DNA of 64,000 bases from the human T2T-CHM13v2.0 reference genome, Homo sapiens, in the NCBI RefSeq assembly GCF_009914755.1, contig NC_060930.1; one strand, 5' to 3'. The position numbers were made by a program, and so were the translations under genes. Positions 53,352 through 64,000 of this stretch are shown here, piece by piece. The notes beneath the pieces were generated by a model. That model was not told the DNA's origin. It was given only the letters and a program-made list of their open reading frames with translations, and searched no databases. Position 1 is the first letter of the stretch, and each line of letters starts with the position of its first letter.

Positions 53352-53725
53352 GTTACCAAGAGTCTGTCCATATGTCTGTTGGTTAGCTGGCTGGCTCATT
53401 TGGCTTTTGTTATTCAGGAGGATAGGTCAGGCTTGTTTTCATGGTGGTGGATGTGGAATTCTCAAGGTCAACAACAAACAAAAGAGCAAGCCAGAGTGTA
53501 CCAGCACTTTTCAGTCTGTGTTGACATCATCATGTTTCCCATTTCCCTCTGACCAAGTGAGGCGACATAGCCAACCCAGATTCAAAGGGCAGAGGGGAGA
53601 CTTTGCTTCTTGATAAAAGGAAATTATTTGTAATGGTTTTTGCAATCTATAATATCCAGTTGACCTAGCACCATTTATTGAAGAGACTTTCCTTTCTCCA
53701 CCATTCTTTAGTGTTACTTAATAAT

Positions 53726-53966
53726 ACAATTACTTTTTATTCCAATTTGGCTGGAGGGAGAAATTGAAGCTGAAAGATGTGTTTCAGTCCCTTAGGGAGT
53801 TTAAAGTCCTTTCTGTAGTAAGATTCTTCTCTTTGTTTATATATTCTATGAGTTACTTAGTATCCGTTTTGTAGTGTAGCTGCCTAGATAACATATTCCA
53901 GCTTTGGTTGTATACCTGACCAAGACAGCTTTGACATTGCCCTCAGCCTGACCAAACTTCAGACAG
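53726..53966 (+). repeat. Diverged local duplicate of 55145-55428 (flank plus first ~50 bp of the ERV1 LTR)
   Basis: Shared ttggctggagggagaaattgaagctgaa, agtttaaagtcctt, tgagttac, tagataa, agctttggt, tgaccaaga, tttgacatt, ctcagc and agacag in the same order. Confidence 0.88.
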
Positions 53967-55378
53967 ATGAGTTAGACATACATAAAGCAAACCTTCATAT
54001 ATGTATGATTATCATATTGTCTTTTTAATGTTTGGAGCTTACTGTGTTATTCCCTTTTTCATTCCATGTATTAGTTATTTCATTACCCTCTTTTAATCAG
54101 TCTCACCAAAGTTTTATCAATTTCATTGATAAAACATTATCAGTGTTTTCTGAGAATCGAGCTTTGGTTATTTATATATAAATCTGTAGATTTTTGTTTT
54201 TTATTACAGTATTTACACTTTTATATTTGTTTCCATTTCTTTGACTTTCTTTAGGTCCAATTTGCTTGTTATTTTTTCTAATATTTTTAAAAAATTAATG
54301 TTTATGTAGGCTATGTTATGCTGGCATAATAAACAACAATAGTTGCAAGCACTATTGTTTTAGCAACTCAGACATCCACCATGAGTTAGTTGGGGACTCT
54401 CTTCCTCAAACTTCATTATCTACATTCTGAACTATCAGGGTACTGAAGGGCCAGTGTATCATCATTGTCTACTCTAACTTTTCCTTGAGATGTTTGAATT
54501 TTTACTGATAGCAGAGCCTCAAGTAAAATCTATCAATGCTTAATTATAGAAACTAAAACATCAGAAAGGATTTGGGGCAAAAAGCTTATAATTTTTCTGA
54601 AGTATCCTAAAATGCTGTCTTATGACTGGGGCATACAATATATAGCATATGCAAGTTTATTTATCTTTTGAATTTAGTTTTATGGATAAATTTCAGATCG
54701 CAAGTGCCTGTTTTTTGTCTCCTATTATTTTTCTATGTCCTATGCCAGAAGCCTAGCGGTAAATTTCTGCCTCCTAGAAAATGTCAGCAAATGCTCTGTG
54801 TGATTTACAAGCAGAGTATTTCAGAAATGGTAAAACACATAGACAGCATTTTTCAGAACCACAGTGTTAATCTCAAGGGCAAACATTCTTAGGCTTGTGA
54901 CACTGACAGCTCCTCTGTGAGGGGATTCTATTTCATAGAATTTTAGGTACAACTGAAATGCCTGAAGGGGCATGGCCTATATAAAATGTAATTTTAAGGC
55001 TGCAAATTAGTTTTAACAAAGCATATAAGATTGCTGAATCTAGTACTCTCTACGTATTGCAAAATTAATGCTTTGGGGCTTTCTTTTAAGCTTGGATAAA
55101 GCTGGGTAGAGATTGGGTTTTCTTCTGTGCAGGACATCATCATAACAATTACTTTCTATTCCAACTTGGCTGGAGGGAGAAATTGAAGCTGAAGGATGTT
55201 TCCCAGTCCATTAGGCAGTTTAAAGTCCTTGCTATGGCTCAGAGTTCATCTTTTAGCTTGTACTTTTTTGTTTTGTAGAGACAGGGTTGGCTGGAGTTTT
55301 CATGTGAGTTACCTAGAATCCCTTTTGAGGTAAGACTCCTTAGATAATATATACTAGCTTTGGTATATTAAATGTATT

Positions 55379-56993
55379 TGACCAAGAAGGTTTTGACATT
55401 CTCCTCAGCTTGAAAAAACTTAAGACAGGTTTTTCCCAGACTATAGGTGTTGACCTCCCTTTTCTTAGAGCATTTACTTTATAAAATGTCCTGTTGTAAA
55501 TTCTTTGTCTGTCCTGTTGCGGGAAGTCAGGGACCCTGAACAGAGGGACCGGCTGAAGCCATGGCAGAAGAACATAAAATTGTGAAGATTTCATGGACAT
55601 TTATTAGTTCCCCAAATTAATACTTTTATAGTTTCTTAGGCCTGTCTTTACTGCAATCTCTGAACATAAATTGTGAAGATTTCATGGACACTTATCACTT
55701 CCCCAATCAATACCCTCGTGATTTCCTATGCCTGTCTTTAATCTCTTAATCCCGTCATCTTTGTAAGCTGAGGAGGATGTATGTCCCCCCAGGACCCTGT
55801 GATGATTGTGTTAACTATACAAATTGTTTGTAGAGCATGTGTATTTGAACAATATGAAATCTGGGCAACTTGAAAAAAGAACAGGATAGCAGCAATGTTC
55901 AGGGAACAAGAGAGATAACCTTAAACTCTGACTGCCTGTGAGCTGGGTGGAACAGAGCCATATTTCTCTTCTTTGAAAAGCAAATGGGAGAAATATCACT
56001 GAATTCTTTTTCTCAGCAAGGAACATCCCTGAGAAAGAGAATGCATCCCTGAGGGTAGGCCTCTGAAATGGCTGCTTTGGGGGTGGCTGTCTTTTACAGT
56101 CACAGCTGTAGGGATGAAATAAGCCCCAGTCTCCCGTAGCGCTCCCAGGCTTATTAGGACAAGGAAATTCCCACCTAATAAATTTTGGTCAGACCATTTG
56201 TCTGCTCTCAAACCTTGTCTCCTGATAAGATGTTATCAATGACAATGCGTGCCCGAAACTTCATTAGCAATTTTAATTTCGCCCCCGTCCTGTGGTCCTG
56301 TGATCTCGCCCTGCCTACATTTACCTTGTGATATCTTATTACCTTGTGAAGCATGTGATCTCTGTGACCCATACCCTATTCGTACACCTCCTCCCCTTTT
56401 GAAAATCACTAATAAAAACTTGCTGGTTTTGCAGCTTGTGGGGCATGACGGACCCTGCCGATGTGATGTCTCCCCTGGACACTCAGCTTTAAAATTTCTC
56501 TCTTTTGTACTCTGTCCCTTTATTTCTCATACTGGCCCACACTTAGGGAAAATAGAAAAGAAACTACATGAAATATCGGGGGTGAATTTTGCCTGATATC
56601 TGGCTGAATTTCCCCCGATATTGTCCCTTTGAGATATTAATTTTCTTCCAGTGCTAGTATCTTACCAGTTTCACAACCCAGGAATATCTTTCTCAAGGAC
56701 CTGGGAGCCATTCCTTTGAAATGTAAATATCAAGAGAGAGTTTCCTATTTCCCAGTTTTGGTGGGAGAGTAGGAACTTAACTTACATAAGCAACAATTAG
56801 CAAATATAGATGGCTTGATCAAATGGCCAACCTCTCGCCTAATGCCCATCAGTACTTTTCTACTAGTTCACTCCAGTGCTTAATACCTTTTTGTGTTAGT
56901 GGAATTGAATTCAGTCTCTCTCTCTTATTGCAATAGTCTTGAATAAAGTCTTCCTTGCCTGTTTAACTTTTCTATCACAATTTTTCTTTGATG
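55379..56993 (+). mobile_element. Old ERV1-class solo LTR (MER67/MER31-like), split by MER11
   Basis: tgaccaag..gacctcccttttcttagagcatttacttt..|..acaacccaggaatatctttctcaaggacctgggagcca..gcaatagtcttgaataaagtcttccttgcctg..tttttctttgatg; possible 4-bp TSD tatt/tatc. Confidence 0.75.
55515..56620 (+). mobile_element. MER11 solo LTR (HERV-K11/HML-8; MER11B-like)
   Basis: tgttgcgggaagtcagggacc...ttcccccgata; internal repeat of aattgtgaagatttcatggaca; TSD ctgtcc (55509-55514) / ttgtcc (56621-56626). Confidence 0.93.
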
Positions 56994-57814
56994 TATCTCA
57001 TTTCCATTTTATGTAAGTGAAAATCTTCAGAGGAGTTAAAATAAGAAAACCACCAGCTCATTTGCTGCCTGGTCACAGAGACAGCTATCAGAACAAAGGT
57101 GTGATGTGTGTGTGTGTGAGTGTGTAGCAACGTAGGTGACTTGGGGTCTGGGTGGAAAGTCTCTCATTATTTTATGAATTTCCCACATGGTCATTCTCTC
57201 TGCCAGGTACCAGCTTAGATTTATTGGAGATAGAGTCAGGCTTGGTCTTGAGTGGAGATGTTTGTTGCGCATTGCAGAATGATTCAGATAGATCATTACC
57301 AGATACCAGATAATGCTTTTGTTTGTTTGTTTGTTTTTTCCTTTTCATGTCTTTGAGGGTGGGGATCTTATTGATCTTTGGAATTGACTCAGGCTACATG
57401 ACCAAATCCTCACTAAGCCTTTTCAGCAGGAAAATCACACCCAGTGTATTTCACCAGTCAAAATGAAGATGGAAATGTTGGACAAAATATTTGATCCTCA
57501 TATCACAGGATCAAGCTCATTAATAGTTGTATGCACTTTCCAGTCAAACTAATCTATGTTTTCAAACTTCTTTTTCACATCCTTGAAAAAACAGTGGTGC
57601 TCTAGGCAGATCACTCTACCTGCTGATAGAATTCTTTGCTTATTTTGGCCCACGTAATTTCTAGTGGGGAGTTTGTGCTGCTTTCTACTTACTTAATTTA
57701 CATACCTGTGATAAAAACACTTTAAAATTAGGGTACATTAGATGATGATTGATTAAAAGCCTCAATAGTTATTTACGATAGAACTGTTCCATGGCAGCAG
57801 AAGCTTGTCTTTAA

Positions 57815-58408
57815 GATAGGTACCATCAATTTTCTTTTTCCCTCTATACACAAATCCCTATGAAGAGGTGACATCTATTTCTCCTTTCCCCTTACATCTG
57901 GGCTGGTCTGAATGACTTATTTGGCTAATAGAATCTGGGAAAGTGATGTCTTGCTACTTCTGAAATTAGGTCATAGAAATCTCTGCAACTTACCCTGGGT
58001 ATCTTGGGCTGTTTGCTTCTGTAGTTCTTACTCTGAGAGTAGTCAATGCCATATAAGAAGCGTGGCCATGATGTGAGATATTTAACTTACATAAACAGCC
58101 CAGATTGATTGAAATGCCATGTTGTGGGTGGGGGGGGGGGAAGACAGAGAGAGAGAATGGAGGCCAAGGATCTGAGAGAGAGAATGGAGGCCAAAGAGCA
58201 GAGATGCCAGACATGCGTGTGAAGAGATCGCCTTGAAAGCATATCCTATGGGTCCAGTCTCTGCAGATAATGCCAGTTTGGCAAGAGGTAAACTGTCTAC
58301 CTAAGCCGTTCCCAAATTTATGACCTTCAAAATCATGAGAAAGCTAAAACAGGTGTTTTAAGTCAATAAACTATGGGGATGGTTATGCAGCATTAGCGAC
58401 TGGAATAA
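57815..58408 (+). mobile_element. MLT1G/H-like LTR
   Basis: tctgggctggtctgaatgacttatttggctaatagaat..aagtgatg..ccagacatgcgtgtgaagag..aaatcatgaga..ttttaagtcaataaa..ttatgcagcattag. Confidence 0.7.
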
Positions 58409-58794
58409 TATCCAAGTTTCAATTTTAGGTTTTAGAACGAAATATTGCTTCCGCATTTCCATGTTCAAAGCTTCCTGCTCTTTTCCCCAAAATCAACTTT
58501 GCTGGAAGTTTCCAAGCAGAAAGTCAGTATCAAAAGTTTGGTGCTAGTTTTATAATAAAATAAATTCCTCTCATTTGTACCCCATTTGCATCCCATTTGC
58601 AAAGAAAATTTGCAGAGGCCTATATAGAGCCTAAATATTTTTGAGGAAGTAGATCTTAGGTCTATTTCTTTATGATATTAGACAGTTACCTGTGATAAAT
58701 TAGTGCAGTCTTATACCCTTGTAGAATTATATTCAGGATTATAACTGGAAGGTTCCTAGACACTTACTTTTTTGAGAAGAAGGGTTTTGAAGCT

Positions 58795-58975
58795 GGCAGG
58801 CTGGCATTCAAATCTTAATCCTACCATTAATCTTGGGAAAAATACTTAAATTTTTATGCATCTCAATTTCTTCACCTCTAAAATGAGAATAATAATAATA
58901 ATAATGCTTTGCAGTGTTTTTTAATTGATGATATACAAAATGATGTATCTAGCAGACACTAGTTATTCAAAAAAT
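58795..58975 (+). mobile_element. MIR SINE
   Basis: ttcaaatcttaatcctacca..cttgggaaaaatacttaa..tctcaatttcttcacctctaaaatgagaataataata. Confidence 0.7.
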
Positions 58976-60904
58976 GCCAATCTCCCATTTCCATTTTCTT
59001 CTTTTGCTCAAGCAATTCATTAAGCTGCCTTCTCTGTCTCATTCCTCTGTTTTCAGTTGAAGTAATATTGTTGTTATTTGTTTGTAGGTATGTTTCAGTC
59101 CTTAGTCTATAAACTCAGGGTATGTATTTATTTATCTTTGCATTTCCAAGAATAGCTCATACCCTGGCATGCCAAAGATATTTTAAGATATGTATAGAAT
59201 AGAAATATAAAGTCTCACCTCTCCTATAAAGCACCCTTTGAGCAGCCTACCTCCTACTGATCCCTATTTTCCCTAAAATTAAAAAAAAAAAACACTACAC
59301 CATCTGATCTGTTCCATCCTTTAGGCCAACATGAATTAGACACTGCATGTAATTTTGACTTTCATGTCAGTTTACTACATACAGTTTAAGTCTTCTGTTA
59401 TAAAATCTTCAAATGGTGGTCGTAAGATCTTTCTGTGAGGTGGTCAGGTATGTTATTTTATTGCTCCAAGACTTGCCTCAAACAGTGCCTTGTACGTGTA
59501 ATATATCTTCAATGGATAAAATAAGGAAGAGTCTCTGTAGGAGAAGAATGAGAGGTCAAGGAGCAAATTAAACTTTCATGGATTAAAATGATCTGGTCTT
59601 TCTCCTATAATTTGGAAATTTGGAGTCTTAATATTAGGAAGTATTAGGTGTGTGTTTAGTTTAGAGTGGTTCAATCTCATTTGCTGTAATTTAAAATGGG
59701 AACTTTATTGCATTGTGATTGAAACACGGCCTGAGTATTTTAATAGAAAATCAATTCTTGTAAAGCTAGTTGAAAAGTGATTGCTTTTTAATTGGAATTG
59801 TTTATAGTCACAGTCCATTCGTTAAAGCTATTTCAGGATTCAAACAAATGAGAACAACTTGAAATCAAGAAACTGCATTAATCACAACAATAGTTAACTC
59901 ACAATGCTAAATAGACAAGAAAATATTAACTTTCTGGGGGAGGTGAAGGAGTCACTTTTCTTTAGTAAAATCACAATGTAGGATTAAAGTGAGGCCTTAT
60001 AGAAGGGAAATAATGGATTTCCCAGATGCAAATGTTGATCTATTGACCAAGCAAATTTGCGGTTTAGATTCACTGACTGAAAAAAGCTATTGCCCTCACA
60101 AAGCCTTCAGAAAGCCAAGTTCTTTCCATTTACTGTGGAATTTGTTCAATCTGAGGTCCAATCTCTTTGTGTCTAACAATTAGCCCAAACAAGTTTTTAC
60201 ATTTCCTAAGTAATAGTGCACTTAGAATTTCTCAGGGGCATTACTCCATTATTTAGCCAATAACATTGCCAGGAAACCATTACAAATTTTTGTGGAGGTC
60301 TTCCATTTGTTAGTTTTTCACAAACCATTTTATTTAGTTAAATAATTCTTTTCCTCCTTGACTTTTCAATCTTCTACTGTACTATATGTCTTACCTTCTT
60401 TACAACTGAATACAGCTATAAAACTAAGATTTTTTCCTTGTCTCTCTGCTACTCATTGTATTTCTGTTAGAATTTGTTTTATTTTATTTTGCTACTTAAT
60501 CCTAAAGAAGTGATCCAGTTTATTTTGCAACAAGAGAGTAGAAAGTATTTATTATCACAGTTCACTATTTTCTACAGTAGGTTTGCTATAGTTGGTCATT
60601 CATTTTAATACAAAATACACTCATATACAGAACAAAAATTTAAAAATTTAGCATATAGCAAAATCAATGTATATTTAAGCATAAATGAGCAAAGAATTAT
60701 AAAATTTGGAAAAGATGCCCTCATTTGAGCTTTGCCTAGCTCCTTGTTACTAGTTTTAAATAGACATACAAATAAATAATAATATATACACTTTACTTCC
60801 AATAAGACATATCAAACTAAGATATATTCATAGAAAACAAATCTCACCTAGAATCAAAAGGGTATATATTCTTTTTCCAGTATGTGATGGTACATATTGT
60901 ATTA

Positions 60905-61197
60905 TTATTTTTTTAAATCAGGGTCTCACTCTGTCACCCAGGCTTGAGTGCAGTGGTATAAACATGGCTCACTGCAGCCTGGAACTCCTGGGCTCAAGAA
61001 ATCTTCTCACCTCAGCTTCCTGAGCAGCTGGGACTACAGGTGCATGCCACCACATGCAGCTACTATTTTAAATTTTTTGTAGAGATAACATCTAACTGTG
61101 TTGCCCCAGCTGGTCTCACTCTCCTATACTCAAGCGATCCTCCCACCTCAGCTTCCCTAAGTGCTGGGATTATAGGCATGAGCCACAATGCCCAAGC
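60905..61197 (-). mobile_element. AluJ
   Basis: cagggtctcactctgtcacccagg..catggctcactgcagcc..ctcctgggctcaag..ctcaagcgatcctcccacctcagc; TSD tattgtatt (60895 / 61200). Confidence 0.92.
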
Positions 61198-61849
61198 TTT
61201 ATTGTATTTTTTGATGGCTAAGCTGCCATCCATTTTTATTTTTTCCAATAGCCTTTCACCTCTTTCACTGAAGTAAATATGATCTAATATTAAAGTTAAA
61301 AATTCTCTGAATCCTGGATGACATTAGAGCATAAAGCAGCTCTCTCTTATTGTGGGAAACATAGACTCCCTGAACAAGTTGTAACAAAGCCAATGTCTAC
61401 TTTTTAAAGTAATGTTGATGATAATATTGAAAAAAGGCTATCTTTACATAATGCTTTAAAGTTGTGGTAAAGGACAAAATCATCTTGTCATTTGAATATT
61501 ACTGCACTGTATTGGATTTGTATTATAATATTCATTATTAAGTATGAAAAGTGACACATGGAGGGGGTCAGTAGCTTTGATGAAGACCACATATCCAGCA
61601 ATAAGCAGAACTGGAATCTGCCTTTGGGATTCTCATCCTTAGCATAAGGTTTTCTCTATTACATCATGTTATTACACTATGTTAAATTAATTTATTAAAA
61701 CATAAATAAGTATAATAATTTTATATACTGCTTGGTGTATAGACTGATGCACAGACTTATGAAAATATATAGAATCATATTTCTTATTTTGGAAATCTAA
61801 ATTTTCTCTAAGATATAAAACTTAGATTAAGTTGTATTTCAATACAATA

Positions 61850-64000
61850 CACTTTATCAAGGGATAATTTACTTAAAATAAAATGCATCCCAATTTAGTG
61901 TATATTTTGATGAGTTTCGAAGAATGTGTACAGACAGGTAACTACCATCATTACCTCAAGACATGGAACATTTTCGTCACCTGAAAAAGTTCCTTGTGAT
62001 TCTTCACAGTCAATCCTGTTTCACCCACATTAGCCCCAGTCACAGATCTGCTTTCTGCCTATAAAGATTGGAATTCTTTCCTGAGTTTCATATGAATGAC
62101 TCAAAAGTAACTACTCTTCTGTGCCTGACTTCTTTTTCAACATAATGTTTTTGAGATCATCCATGTTGTGAAGTTGTATCAACGGTTCATTCCTTTTTAT
62201 TGCTTCTTAGCATTCAATTGTATGTTATGCTAACATGTTTATCTATTCACATGTTCATGGCTATTTGGACTGTTCCCAGATTTTGGCTATGGGGAATAAA
62301 AAAGCTATAAACATTTGTGTACAAGTCTCTGTGTGGGTGTATGTTTTCATTTCTCTTGGGCAAATATCTAGAAATGGAATGGCTAGGTCATATGGTAGAT
62401 ATCTGTTCAAATTTATATAAAACTGCTAAAATGCATTTTTCAAAGGTTGTCATTTTATATTCTTACAGGCAATGTATGTGAGTAACCAGTTATCAATATT
62501 GGTATTGTTAGTCTTGCATTTTAGCCATTCTATTGGATTTGTAGTGGTATCCGATTATAATTTTAGTTTTAATTTCCCTGATGACTAATGATGCTGACAA
62601 TTTTTCCAGGTGCTAATTGGTCATTTGTATATCTTCTTAAATCAAATAAATATTTACATCTTTTTTCTAACTTAAAATTGATTCTTTTTCTTCTTACTAT
62701 TGAATTTTAAGAGTTCCTTATATAGTCTAGATGAATTTCTTATATTTCTGTGTTAAATATATTCATTTCCAATATTTTCTTCTACTCTATGACTTGCCTT
62801 ATTTGTTTATGGGTATGTTTTAAAGAGCAGTAGTTTTTCATTTTGATATATTCTAAATGTGAATATTTTTGTTATTCATACTTTTTTATGTTCTATATAA
62901 AATATTTTTGCTAACCAACCTAAAATCATAAAAATATTTGATCTTCTGAAAGTTTAATACTTGTATCTCTTAATTTTAGGTCTATAATCTATTTTGAGTT
63001 GTTTGTTGTATGATGTGAATTAAGAACAAAGTTTTATTTTTCTCCATAAAAATATGCTATTGTTCCAGTCATAGTATTTCAACAGTATAATTTTCTCATT
63101 AAATTGACTTGGCAACATTGTGAAAGATAAATTAATATCTATCTGTCTTATCTATGTACCTAGCTAACTAGACTTTTGATTCTATTCTAATGATTTATAT
63201 GTCTGTCTTCATAACAACAACAAATTGGCCTGATTATGTCTGTATTGATATTATATCCTGAAACCACGCAGTGTAAGTCCTCTAACATTTTCTTTAAAAA
63301 TTAAAATTACTTATTTATTTGTTATCTATTAGTGTATATTTTAAAATAAGCTTGTCAATTTCAACAAGTAATCCTGTTGATTGAGATTGCATAGAGATTT
63401 CTCTCAGCAATATTCTTTGTTTGCTTTGCACATATTTTTTAAAGTTTATCACTAGTCATTTCATGTTTTTGGTACTATTATGACTGATATTTTTTACAAT
63501 TCGATTTCTGTTCATTGTTAGTATATAGAGATATAACTGATTTTTGTGTGGAGACCCGATACTTTGCAGCATTTGCTAGCCTACTCACAAAAGCTAGTAG
63601 CTTTGTCTTGATTCCTCAATGTATATGCACATACACATTTCTGCATATGTCATATGTAAATGACAGATTTAATTCTTCCATTCTAATGTTCATATGTTTT
63701 ATGTTTTGACTTATTGAATGAATTTATAATAAGAGTGGAAATCATTTCCTTATTACTGATATTAAAGGAAGAACACTAAATCTTTTACTATTAAGTGTGA
63801 TTTTAGCTGAGAGTTTTTCAACTTGACTTTTATCAAGTTGAATGGGTATTACATGCTCTCAAAGCCCTTACTGCATCTTTTGTGATAATCATAGCTTTTT
63901 AAAAAGTATATTAATGTAGTAAATTATATAGGTTGACAGTCAAACCAACCTTGCATTTCTGCTATAAAACTAACTGGGCTATGATATATCACATTGAGGC
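61850..64000 (-). mobile_element. L1ME-type 3'UTR and ORF2 end, running off the window
   Basis: ttttgagatcatccatgttg..gttcattcctttttattgc..aacatttgtgtacaagtc..ttcatttctcttggg..atttccctgatgactaatgatg..aaccaaccttgcatt. Confidence 0.85.

Larger units (their letters stand above)
52465..53650 (-). mobile_element. MLT1 (MLT1G/H-like) LTR interrupted by an Alu piece and the MLT2A-derived palindrome
   Basis: ctgcataacaaaacacctcaaaactta; tctgtgggttgtcaatt; aggcttgttttcatggtgg..ccaacccagattcaaaggg..tcttgat..ttttgcaatcta. Confidence 0.65.
52040..54300 (-). mobile_element. Old L1M fragments (52040-52460, 53650-53720, ~54050-54300) hosting nested insertions
   Basis: ttaatttcactgattacaaattatgatgagcat..aatgaagtccaatttatcaatttt; tccagttgacctagcaccatttattgaagagact; ttttatcaatttcattgat. 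Confidence 0.65.

Noticed and set aside
58577-58615. Octamer ATTTGCAT within a cccatttgca duplication
   Set aside because: A single motif in an 11-bp slippage repeat; chance level.

Overview
AT-rich, CpG-poor primate genomic DNA (AluY, AluSq, AluJ and HERV-K11/MER11 LTRs imply a catarrhine, most likely human), intergenic or deep-intronic. I find no intact protein-coding gene and no RNA gene. The only gene-derived sequence is a full-length processed HNRNPA3 pseudogene (minus strand, 2261-3817, poly-A tail and 15-bp TSD). Most of the rest is interspersed repeats: a rearranged L1PA15/16-type LINE carrying a MER11 solo LTR; older L1M/L2/MIR pieces; MaLR, ERV-L and ERV1 LTRs; DNA transposons (Charlie1a, MER47A, MER82, Tiggers, a half MADE1); and a Ricksha MULE fossil that keeps recognisable D-D-E transposase motifs and a captured ERV-L piece. 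I see no new coding system. The most unusual signal, which repeat annotation does not explain, is a set of locally templated copy/fold-back scars at transposon sites. These are a ~430-bp AT-rich palindrome made from an MLT2A end with an exact 31-bp copy of downstream DNA at its centre, an MLT2A2 LTR flanked by a ~140-bp duplication instead of a 5-bp TSD, a MADE1 whose second TIR is replaced by DNA copied from 1.1 kb away, an ancient ~240-bp copy of an LTR junction, and a fold-back hairpin inside an MLT1A LTR. Repeat subfamily names come from recalled consensus sequences, and boundaries of old elements are approximate.
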